Assembly: GCA_965215515.1 (NCBI GenBank)
Contig: OZ244057.1
Location: 1,792,001 to 1,856,000 of the forward strand
Reading direction: 5' to 3'
DNA: 64,000 nucleotides
From: Oligoflexales bacterium
GTDB taxonomy: Bacteria > Bdellovibrionota_B > Oligoflexia > Oligoflexales > JAPPIL01
The notes beneath the pieces were generated by a model that was not told the DNA's origin, ran no database searches, and saw only the letters and a list, made by a program, of their open reading frames with translations. How positions within the stretch are numbered: position 1 is the first letter of the stretch; each line of letters begins with the position of its first letter. Below, in pieces: positions 39,277 to 48,500 of the stretch. The position numbers and the translations under genes were made by a program.

Positions 39277-40740
39277 TTACGATTTTTTTGTTTTTTCGAT
39301 GAGGGTATCTGTTTTTATTTTTATTTTTTTATCTTGATAAGCGGCGGCAAAGGCATCTAAAATTTCTGGATCATAGAGGTCGGTATCGCTCAGTAGTTTT
39401 TCCAGTGCTTCTTTTTCTGTCATAAAACCCGAATAAGCACGCCCTGAGACCATCGCGTCAAAACTATCTGCGACTGCAATGATGCGAGCAAAGAAAGGAA
39501 TATCTTCACCTGCTAAACCATCTGGGTATCCTGTGCCGTTCCAGCGTTCGTGGTGGTAAGTAATACCAGAGATGAAATCGGCTGAGTTGGGAATATTGGC
39601 AATTATTTCTGCTCCGAGGATAGGATGTTGTTTCATTTCTTCGTATTCGTCGTTGCGCAATATAGAGGTTTTTTTGAGAATGCTGTCAGGAATTCCTATT
39701 TTACCGATATCGTGACATAAGGCACTGGCGAGCAGATTTTGTTTGGTCGTGTTGTCTAACCCTAACACCTGTGCCATCGCCAGTGAATAACGTCCTACTC
39801 TTTCTGAATGTCCCATCGTATAAGTATCCTTTTCTTCAAGAGTGCGAGTGATACTCTTCACCATACTCATGCTCCAATTATTGAGGGCACGATGTAGAGC
39901 CAACATCTCAAAATGTGCGGCGCAGCGGTTTAATAAAGCTTGTACCGTACCGAGCATTGCCACCGTCTCTGCTTGTTCCGCTTTAGCAAACTCCAAGTGT
40001 GCCAAGCCCCTCGTTTTACCCAGCAGTAGCATCGGTAATATGGCAATGTTAGAATAATCTGTGCTGAGAAACAACGCTTGCTGGCGATTAATTACCTGTG
40101 CAAGATGTTCATTGCTGATTTTAAAATGTCCTTCCTCCTCCTGTCGGTATGTTCCGTGGATCAAAAGCGTTAAGCGTTGTGCTTTATCATCCCACGTGAA
40201 TAACACTGCTCTGACGAGTGCAGCTGTGCATAAATTTATACAAGATAATAGTTGTTGTGCAGCGTCATCAAGCCCCGCGCTAACCATTATGTTAGTGTGG
40301 TAGTTGTAGATAATCTGCCGCTGCTCAGCTTCTTTTTCACCCAACTCCACAATATGGTCAGGATTGAGGCGACGTAACAAAAAACCTCGCGGCGGTGGCG
40401 GGCGGTTGTTGAGTTCACTTAAGTCAAGTGATTCCTTGATGTGCTGTGCAGTGTTGGCAGAGTGCACGAAGGTAAGGGTTGTTGTGCCAATTTGTAACTG
40501 GTCGTTGTTTTTTAACACCGCATTGACAATTCTTTCCCCATTGAGATATGTGCCGTTTTTTGAGCCAAGGTCTTGCACGATGAATGAAATACCGCGTCTT
40601 TTTACCTTCAAATGAAAACGTGAGGCCGCGGGGTCGCTGACCACCACGCCATTGATGTTATCACGTCCCACCGCGACGGGAAATTCTTCCAAACGCACAC
40701 GACTGCTCTTCTCACCTTGTTGTACTAAAAAATATGACAT
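39277..40740 (-). CDS. FHA-GAF-HD-GYP c-di-GMP phosphodiesterase
   Basis: FHA (GR...SRFH...DLGSKNGT), GAF-like middle, GHSERV, HDIGK, HHERWNGTGYPDG, AVADSFDAM. Confidence 0.88.
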   Translation of the reverse strand: MSYFLVQQGEKSSRVRLEEFPVAVGRDNINGVVVSDPAASRFHLKVKRRGISFIVQDLGSKNGTYLNGERIVNAVLKNNDQLQIGTTTLTFVHSANTAQHIKESLDLSELNNRPPPPRGFLLRRLNPDHIVELGEKEAEQRQIIYNYHTNIMVSAGLDDAAQQLLSCINLCTAALVRAVLFTWDDKAQRLTLLIHGTYRQEEEGHFKISNEHLAQVINRQQALFLSTDYSNIAILPMLLLGKTRGLAHLEFAKAEQAETVAMLGTVQALLNRCAAHFEMLALHRALNNWSMSMVKSITRTLEEKDTYTMGHSERVGRYSLAMAQVLGLDNTTKQNLLASALCHDIGKIGIPDSILKKTSILRNDEYEEMKQHPILGAEIIANIPNSADFISGITYHHERWNGTGYPDGLAGEDIPFFARIIAVADSFDAMVSGRAYSGFMTEKEALEKLLSDTDLYDPEILDAFAAAYQDKKIKIKTDTLIEKTKKS

Positions 40741-40765
40741 CAGCTGCCACCACCCCCGCACCGTC

Positions 40766-40792
40766 TTATCGGCTAAATTCTGGAGATATTTA
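40766..40792 (-). promoter_or_regulatory. sigma28 (FliA) promoter
   Basis: TAAATATC-N11-GCCGATAA, near-consensus, 26 nt before ATG 40740. Confidence 0.78.
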
Positions 40793-40804
40793 GCTTAATG
40801 TGGG

Positions 40805-41728
40805 TCAGTCAAGCTGGCTTGCCGCGTAATTGCGCACGTCGTTGATCTGCCAACGATAGAAAAAATCAATGGCACGGGAGAAACGCAGGGCAAACTTGAC
40901 ACGTCGATTGAGGTTAGCGCTGAGCTGAGCTGCAAGTTGGGAAGTGGCGGGAGTTTTTTTATCGGTGGCTGACAGGTAGCTGCGTAGGTAGTCTCCTGCT
41001 CCTCCTTTGCCGAGCACTTTGTGTCCGTGTGTATCGAAATCCTCGTAATACCAGAGGATAATTTTGTTGAGCACAAGCTTGCCGCGTTTTGCATCCCAAG
41101 ATAATTGTTTGCCCGCGTTGACGAAGGTGCGCATGTTCTCTTCCAGCATCTGCTCGACGTTGGCAGCTCGATAAGCTTGAGCGCGCAGTTTTGGACAGCT
41201 GCGGGCAGCACAGTTGACCGCCATGTGAATGCGAGGGTCGAGTGTTTTTATCCTCAGGGGTGCGAGTTTGCCACGTGCCTTGCCGCGCAGTAGGTTGTGT
41301 TCGATGTCGTCGAGGTTGACCTGTTGTCCAGCCAGTTTAACACGGTAGTCGCCGTTCCATATGTTGCCGCCACTGACTCGTAGACGGTTGATCGCAAGGC
41401 GCAAAAACTTCTCGGAGGTCAAGGACAGCTCGTTCTCCTGTGCGTAACGCAGGATAGCCTCGATCATGAAGGCGTTGTAGAGATTGATGTAGACAGCTTT
41501 CTTCGCCGTTTCCGACCACGACTCTATCGCCAACTGCCCGTGTGCCGCAAGGAAGGCGGTGAGTCGTTGTCGCTGTGCGGCGAAGCCGAGGTACGATACC
41601 GCCCCGCGCCGATCGACATGCTTGCTGACCAGCTCGTGCCATGCCTGCGCCAAGCTCGCCTCGTCCGTTGCAGGCAGGGGGGCGGCAAGCAGAGAGGTCA
41701 GCAGTAGGCATATCCTACGCAGCGCCAT
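40805..41728 (-). CDS. DUF547 domain exported protein
   Basis: AVYINLYNA, LDDIEH, DPRIHMAVNCAARSCP, WYYEDF. Confidence 0.88.
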   Translation of the reverse strand: MALRRICLLLTSLLAAPLPATDEASLAQAWHELVSKHVDRRGAVSYLGFAAQRQRLTAFLAAHGQLAIESWSETAKKAVYINLYNAFMIEAILRYAQENELSLTSEKFLRLAINRLRVSGGNIWNGDYRVKLAGQQVNLDDIEHNLLRGKARGKLAPLRIKTLDPRIHMAVNCAARSCPKLRAQAYRAANVEQMLEENMRTFVNAGKQLSWDAKRGKLVLNKIILWYYEDFDTHGHKVLGKGGAGDYLRSYLSATDKKTPATSQLAAQLSANLNRRVKFALRFSRAIDFFYRWQINDVRNYAASQLD

Positions 41729-41729
41729 G

Positions 41730-42041
41730 CTAGCGCTTATCGATGGCGGTTATTTCGACCTCCGAGCAGGGTTGTTTCCAACCTCTGGTGCGCTTGTAAT
41801 TCTTGCGCCGCTTGTATTTGAACACTACAACCTTCGGCTGGCGGCGATGTTTAAGCACCTTGCCGCGCACGGTCACGCCCGTGCCCTCCGCACTGTGCTC
41901 AGCATCGCGGTAAAATAAGACCTTGCCCAGTTCAATCTCACTGCCTTCACTTGCGGCAAGACGATCGACAACGATGCGATCACCCACCGCTACTCGATAC
42001 TGATGCCCACCGCTTTTTACCACCGCATACACGAGAGACAC
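41730..42041 (-). CDS. rplU: 50S ribosomal protein L21
   Basis: YAVVKSGGHQYRV...KVVVFKYKRRKNY. Confidence 0.97.
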   Translation of the reverse strand: MSLVYAVVKSGGHQYRVAVGDRIVVDRLAASEGSEIELGKVLFYRDAEHSAEGTGVTVRGKVLKHRRQPKVVVFKYKRRKNYKRTRGWKQPCSEVEITAIDKR

Positions 42042-42134
42042 TCCTCCTTACCACGCAAGCGCGTGAACCTAGCACGAAAGCAAACGAGATGCCACAATTT
42101 TTTCCTGAGTTCCGCGTCTGCGCCCGTGCTGTTG

Positions 42135-42899
42135 TCAGGAACTGAGGAAGGATTCTGTGCGGATGTGCAGCTCGTCTACGCCCGCGGCGAGCAGTGCCTG
42201 ACGTGAGGTCTGCATCATCGCCTCAGGCCCACACAACATGAAAGTTTTGTCCGCAACCTTGCCTGCAAGGATATCCACGAGCATCGCCGCGTCGATACGT
42301 CCGTGACGGAAGCGAGGGTCTTTCTCTCCCGTCAAGGTCAAGTGCAAGTGTAAACGAGGAGAGGCGGCAAAAGTCTGCAACTCCTGCCAGCCGATCAGGT
42401 CACGCGTGGTGCGGTAGGAAACAAGCAAGCTCATCGCCGCGGGTGCGCCCTCAGCTGCACGAGGGATGAATTGCCTGATAATACTCAGGAAAGGTGTCAC
42501 ACCGCTGCCCGCGGCGATCATGAACAGATGGGCACGGTCACGCGTTGCATCGTAACAAAAACTGCCGATGGCCCCGCGTGCTCGCAGCAACATTCCTGTG
42601 CGCATATTGTCGTACAGCCAGTTACTGACCACCCCGCCGACCGTACGTTTCACGGTGATACTGATGAAATCACGCTGCCGCGGCGCGCTGGACATGGTGT
42701 AAGAACGGGCGATCGCACCACCGACGAAATTATCGAAACGGAAAGTCAAATACTGCCCCGCATGGTAGTCGAACGGGCAACCCCCTTCCTCGGCATCTAC
42801 CATACGGAAGGTACGGGTGTCGTGCGTCTCAGCGATGACCGCGATGACCCGTAACTTTATCCACCCCCGTTTTATGCGTTGCGGACGTGCGAGAACGAT
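42135..42899 (-). CDS. FAD/NAD(P)-binding oxidoreductase (ferredoxin reductase-type), putative ATC start
   Basis: LRVIAVIAETHDTRTFR lies in frame upstream of ATG 42803; AGQY, RSYTMSS, GVVS, AAGSGVTP, LCGP, ESF. Confidence 0.85.
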   Translation of the reverse strand: MVLARPQRIKRGWIKLRVIAVIAETHDTRTFRMVDAEEGGCPFDYHAGQYLTFRFDNFVGGAIARSYTMSSAPRQRDFISITVKRTVGGVVSNWLYDNMRTGMLLRARGAIGSFCYDATRDRAHLFMIAAGSGVTPFLSIIRQFIPRAAEGAPAAMSLLVSYRTTRDLIGWQELQTFAASPRLHLHLTLTGEKDPRFRHGRIDAAMLVDILAGKVADKTFMLCGPEAMMQTSRQALLAAGVDELHIRTESFLSS

Positions 42900-43026
42900 C
42901 GTCTCCCTCCACTTAAGTTAGTGCACATACACGTGTCTCACCCCTTTCTTGCCCTCGGCATGAGGCAAACTATAGCATATTTGAGCTAAAATAGAAGTCA
43001 GATCACCAAGTAAAGGCCGACACACC

Positions 43027-44085
43027 ATGAAGCTTCTGCTACTCACGATGTTCGCGCTCCCCTGTGCTGTATTTGCCGCTGAACACGATTCCACGACAGC
43101 TAGTGACGCACCGCCAGCGACAGCTGTTCCGCAGGACACCACCCCCGCCATAAGAGGGTCAACTCCACCCACGGACGCGCAAGGCACAGCTCCCGATGCT
43201 CTAGATACACCCCCCGAGGATATGGGGGTCGCCACGCCAGATGACATCTCCATGCCCGAGGAACTCGCTGCGCTGCATCACGAAACAAAGAACGAACACC
43301 CTCACGAGCGTTTTGTGCTCTATATCGATGCCCTGAAGTATCGCTTCACAACTCACAACGTAGAGGCAACCCGCGGCCGCCCTCGCAACGAAACATCGTT
43401 CAGCTCCAGTACAACCACCACGACCATGCAAGCCCTCGATACCACCGTCGGTCTGAAAAGCTACCACAATCGCCTGATTCTCGGTTTCGGGATCGCCAGC
43501 AACATCGTTTCCACTTCCGATGCTGTCAGTGGTGGTGCGTTGCTGGTCGGCTACCAGCCGCTCCCTGGCTTGGAAATAGGCGGTCTGCTCTACATCGCAG
43601 GCCGCACCAAGACAACCTCCACAACCAGGGAAGATGTTGTTGACGAGCAGATTTTCGACAGCACCGAAGACAGCACCGCCACCAACAGTACTCACTCTAT
43701 AGGCCCCTGGCTCAAATTGCAGGCGGGTGACCACTGGCAAGCTATGTTTTCCGTTTACTATGCCGCGTCACGAACCGAGCAAACCTCCGATAGCGGTCAA
43801 CAGACAAACGACAGCCAAAGAAACACCGTCAACAAACTGACCACCATTGTCGAACGCAGCTATTTTGCCCTCGATCTTGTCTTCGGCCCTTGGATTCCTC
43901 TCACCGAGCACCTGATCTTCGTGCCACAGATCAACATAACCTGCTACCTACCCCGCGCCTACACCCAAGAGACCAGCATGTCCTCCTCGGGCGGCGACAC
44001 CCTTTCCGAGGACAAGCTGGAGTTCGACGAACACTCTAGCTTCAGCTACTCACTAGTGCTGGGAGGGCTGCGTTATGAGTTTTGA
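43027..44085 (+). CDS. hypothetical outer-membrane beta-barrel protein with Pro/Thr/Asp-rich N-terminus
   Basis: Signal peptide, amphipathic strands, C-terminal GLRYEF. Confidence 0.7.
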   Translation: MKLLLLTMFALPCAVFAAEHDSTTASDAPPATAVPQDTTPAIRGSTPPTDAQGTAPDALDTPPEDMGVATPDDISMPEELAALHHETKNEHPHERFVLYIDALKYRFTTHNVEATRGRPRNETSFSSSTTTTTMQALDTTVGLKSYHNRLILGFGIASNIVSTSDAVSGGALLVGYQPLPGLEIGGLLYIAGRTKTTSTTREDVVDEQIFDSTEDSTATNSTHSIGPWLKLQAGDHWQAMFSVYYAASRTEQTSDSGQQTNDSQRNTVNKLTTIVERSYFALDLVFGPWIPLTEHLIFVPQINITCYLPRAYTQETSMSSSGGDTLSEDKLEFDEHSSFSYSLVLGGLRYEF

Positions 44086-44663
44086 GCCACACTGACATCT
44101 CCCGTCAGTACTGCCACCACGTTGCTGATCTCACGCGCCGCGGCGATGAGACGAGCGTTATCGCTGACGATGACGGCGCTGTGTGCCTGTTGCCAAACCG
44201 CGAGATCGTCACGGCTGTTACCGACATAGATGAAACGCCGCGGCCCGAACAGCTCGCACAAGCGCGCCGCTTTTGCTTTACGACGCAGGTTGCATACCCC
44301 ATCCGAAGCATAGCAACCGTCGAAAACACCGAGATGAGATGCCACCCGTGTTGCGACACTGCCGTCAGTAGCAGTGACAAGGTAGACCGCCCCACCCCGC
44401 TCCCTGTAGTCCGTAATCAGTTGCAAGACAGCTTGATTGTAAGGCAAACAGCTGACATCTAAAGACACCCGCGCGGCGAGTTGTTGCTTAAAATAAGCAA
44501 GCCCGTGGCACAACCACACCAGCGCTAACAGAGCTCGCCCGCACCGCCGCCCCACCCACAAGCGCACCGCCGCCCAAGTTGTATCGGTCGCGATTAACGT
44601 GCCATCGAGATCGACACAGAGAGGCAGCTCGCCGTCCTGAGGGAGAGAAATCTGTATATCCAC
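44073..44663 (-). CDS. HAD-superfamily domain protein (resembles N-terminal domain of HAD-UbiA fusions)
   Basis: PLCVDLDGTLIATD, LPYN, LVTA, ASDG, YVGNSRDDLAVW; start uncertain (44654-44708). Confidence 0.8.
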   Translation of the reverse strand: MDIQISLPQDGELPLCVDLDGTLIATDTTWAAVRLWVGRRCGRALLALVWLCHGLAYFKQQLAARVSLDVSCLPYNQAVLQLITDYRERGGAVYLVTATDGSVATRVASHLGVFDGCYASDGVCNLRRKAKAARLCELFGPRRFIYVGNSRDDLAVWQQAHSAVIVSDNARLIAAAREISNVVAVLTGDVSVAQNS

Positions 44664-44753
44664 CTCCCGCGCTGAACATCTTAGCTTCAGCAAGCTTAGC
44701 AAATGCACGGAAAAGCATTATACCCTGCAGGCGCAAGGAGCAAAAGTACGGAT

Positions 44754-45593
44754 ATGTTTGAACACGGCACGATCTTTATCAACGCTCTCGATGTCATCGA
44801 CTGCGCGCAGTTCGAAGCTGAACAAGGGATCGTAGGATGTTCGTGGTATCTCGATGTGCAGGCACAAGGACGAGGCGATCGTAATTATTTTGTCAGCGAC
44901 TTCAGTAAACTAAAGCAAAAAATACGCCGCTTCGTAAGTCAGCATCTCGACCATCGTCTGCTCGTACCTACCCATCCTGCCGTGCGTAAAGAGGGAGACA
45001 CTTGGTTGTTCGGCGAGGCGGAGCGGGCGTGGACCTATACCTGCCCTCCCGACGCAGTGCGGCAGCTACCGCTGCCGCAAGTTGACCGCGCCAGCGTCGG
45101 CACGTGGCTGCACGCGGTCCTACAGCGGGAGGTAGGCGAGGAGTTGCAGATCACGGTCGGCCTGCGCGCCGATGAGCCACGCACAGGGGTGTGCTTTCAG
45201 TATACGCATGGTTTGCCTGGTCACGACGGCAATTGCCAGCGTCTATTGCACGGACATTCAGGTCGCGTGCAAGTGCTGGCAGATGGTGTGCACCAGCTGG
45301 AGTTAGAAAAACATCTCGCCCAAAAAATTTTGCCTCGCCAGGTGCATTTCCTCAACTCGCAGCACATCACCGCCCAGGGAAGACACATCGGTATGGCTTA
45401 CGAGAGCGGTCAAGGCTACTTTGCCGCAACTCTGCCGCGCGCACAGGCGATCGTGCTTCCCGCGCGGGAGAGCAGCATCGAGGCTATCACGCACTATCTT
45501 GCCGCGCAGCTCAGGCAACGCTTCACCCCTATGGCACGCACCGAGATTATCTGTTACGAAGGGATGGATAAGGGAGCACGTTGTTTTCTGTAA
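44754..45593 (+). CDS. tandem T-fold 6-carboxytetrahydropterin synthase-like protein (QueD-like)
   Basis: DFSKLK...LDHRLLVP in first half; YTHGL...CQRLLHGH and SSIE in second half. Confidence 0.8.
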   Translation: MFEHGTIFINALDVIDCAQFEAEQGIVGCSWYLDVQAQGRGDRNYFVSDFSKLKQKIRRFVSQHLDHRLLVPTHPAVRKEGDTWLFGEAERAWTYTCPPDAVRQLPLPQVDRASVGTWLHAVLQREVGEELQITVGLRADEPRTGVCFQYTHGLPGHDGNCQRLLHGHSGRVQVLADGVHQLELEKHLAQKILPRQVHFLNSQHITAQGRHIGMAYESGQGYFAATLPRAQAIVLPARESSIEAITHYLAAQLRQRFTPMARTEIICYEGMDKGARCFL

Positions 45594-45597
45594 TACG

Positions 45598-48500
45598 CTA
45601 TTGGCATCTGTTGCTGAGTTTGATGATCTTGGCGCGCAACAGGTAGCGTCCTTGGCTATTATTCAGCCCGCCGACCAGCAGATTAACGAAGGTAGGTGCG
45701 TCACTTCTGACCCTGAACCAGAGATAGTGCAGGCGGTCGGATTTCCCGATCACCTGCCCGCGGCTGTGGGCGAGATGGAAGGGACAGCGTTCTCGGATCC
45801 GCGTGGTGGCGAGATTGTTGTAGGTGTAAGAGTAAAGAAGCTGATCGTCACCAGAGTTGCTGTGGATCATAATGGGATCGACACAGACATCAAAATCGAC
45901 CCCGAACACTCCCTCACAATGGTCAACACCTGCGTTCGGCAGGATACGGCTGGCATCGACATTGAGCTGGCGACGAATGTCGCTGGTGCGCATCGTGCTG
46001 TCGAGGTCACAAGGGTAGTTTTGCGGCGGCGCAGTCTGTCTCTCCCCCGTACAGGGGCCGCGTTTCCCTTCGGCGAAGGATGGGTCATAGTAGGTATTCC
46101 AGGTTTGCGAGCTCTTTTTTAAATTGACAAAATTTTCACGAGGAAACCAGTTGTCGTCACCGACTCTTCCCTCGGTAGCGGCGCAATCAGCACCGACTGC
46201 GTCATGGTTACAGATGTAACGTTTCGTTTTCAGTATCTCCTTAGCTGCTTCCCCCAGCGCGGTGCTGTCCTTTGTGCGACAGTCGTTTTCTGCATCGAGA
46301 CCTATCGCGGTGCAAGCTTCCAGTTTATCCTCGTCCTCCTCTTCATCATCAAAGGGCGCATCTGGGAGGTAGTTGATAAACTCTTCCAAGCTGTCCACAT
46401 ACTCATCGTTGACCGTTTCAATTTTTTTATCAAAGTTAGTGTCCTCGTCCACCGTATAAAAAACGAAAGGATTTGCTTCGGCATCTGCATCCCAACTAAA
46501 ATTAAAAAACTGGCGTGCCGCTTCGTCAGGACAGAAGGCACGAATACCGTTGCGGTCACAACTGAGTACCCCGTTGTTGAAACGTTGTGCATCGACAAAG
46601 GGACGGTTGGCAAACAAAAAATTATCGATCGGCAGATCGTAGCCATCGATGCTTCGTTGGTGGCGGATATCGAAGGTTTCTGCGTCGATGATGCCTCCGT
46701 TCGCACATTGTCCAGGGTTTGCTCTCGTCGCTTGGCACAGCACAGGCTCGCCTACTACTCCTTCCAGCTCGATGTCGAGATCCTCAAATTTTGCCCAGAT
46801 GTTGCGTCCCTTGAAAATTTCCAAGTTAGGGGTTGTCGCGAGTGTAAAAGGTACGAGCTGACTAGGGTAGTCACGCACCTTCGTCTGTACCAAGACGGTA
46901 AACTCCTCACCAGGACGACAAGCGCGTAGTGCGCAGGGGTCAACTTTAATGGTGTAGGAATCGGCATCACCGACAGTCATCGGGTTGAGGGCGATGTTAT
47001 CGATTGAACCTGCAATCCACAGTTCTTTGTCTTCTTGCAGTGTCCATTCCTGCATACTGTTCGGTGGGTAGGGAGGATTATCGTAATGGGTTTGCTCAGG
47101 GTCGGTGGTATCGGTAAGATTTGTCACTCGCACATCCATGTGACCGAGCTCGGAAGTTTTTTCTTGATGAATTTTGCGCAAATTAGCATCGCGATCACCG
47201 AGAGGTACAATTACAACTTGCAAGCCTTTACCGAAACTGCCGACAATATCGGTACGTTCTGCGGTCAGTCCTGTTATCATCACATAGGTTACCGAATTGT
47301 CTACTAGTCTCAAATCCATATCGCTGTCGGGCAACACCACCTGATAGAGTATGTTGTCGAGATTAGGAAACGGGCTGGCATGGGTACGATCCCACGCTGC
47401 TGCGGCGGGATTGTTAACATCGCCTGAGAGAAACGTCTGGCCGTCGTTGGCAAGCTCGACCGTCAGAGGTGGATCGGAGGGTGATACTTCTGTGCCCGCG
47501 AGATTGTTATCATCGAACAGCGGCATTTCCAGCGGTTTTGCGATATTCTCTGTGCCTGTGTCTGCTTTGTCCCACAAGCCACGCACTGCCGCGGGGTTGT
47601 CGGCAAGATGGGCAACAACTGTGATGCCAAAATCAAGCAACAGTTGTTCCAAGCTAACGCCAAAAGTATTTTCAATATTAACTCCGCCAGTTAATTCGGT
47701 ATCGACCAAACTTTTCAGTTTGTCACATATCGTGACTTTGTTGCCGCACAGACGAGTGTGCATGTACCAGGCAAACATGGTCAGCATGCCTTGTCTTTCT
47801 TCATCATCGATGATATTTTCGTAGTTACTCGATGGTCTTCCCAGAGGATCGATTGTCTGCGGACGGGAGGTTAGATACTGAGCGAGTTTGTGAAAAACAA
47901 AATTATTCCCCCCGATATAAGAGGAGGCCAACATAGCCAAAGCTTCCATCAGCCAGTGTTCCTCTCGCACTAGCCTGTCATCGACGATTGTTTTGTGATT
48001 GAGCATAATCAAATTCATCAACTGTGCTGCAACGTATCCTTTGCTGTAATTACTGGAGATAGAATTAGCACTGGACAGAAACCCGTAGGTGTAAATGCCC
48101 GCGGGATCGGGGACCCATAGGTAGATAATTTCACCTTCGTTGCTGGTAGAATTACGTCGAGCATCGAAGGGAGCGAGGTCATTGGGGCGCGAGGCTAGGG
48201 TAGCACTGAAATAATCAATGCGCTCCGAAGGATAACCATTGAAATGGGAGCGGTTTACGTCGGGGGACATAAAGATATCGACTGAACCATTGCTGTCGAC
48301 ATCACTGACATCACCGAAGGTAGCGCGGAGGCGAGTGTAGGCTTTCTCGGCTTCCTCGGCGAGGTTACGCAGATGTGCCATGTAGAGACGGTCGGTGACG
48401 GGGTTATTTTGGTCGGTAAAACCGATGGCATCGAAATCCCCAGGAGCTTGCCCCACTGCGATGCAAGGGTTGCCGTATTCTTCGTCAACCCAGATACGGA

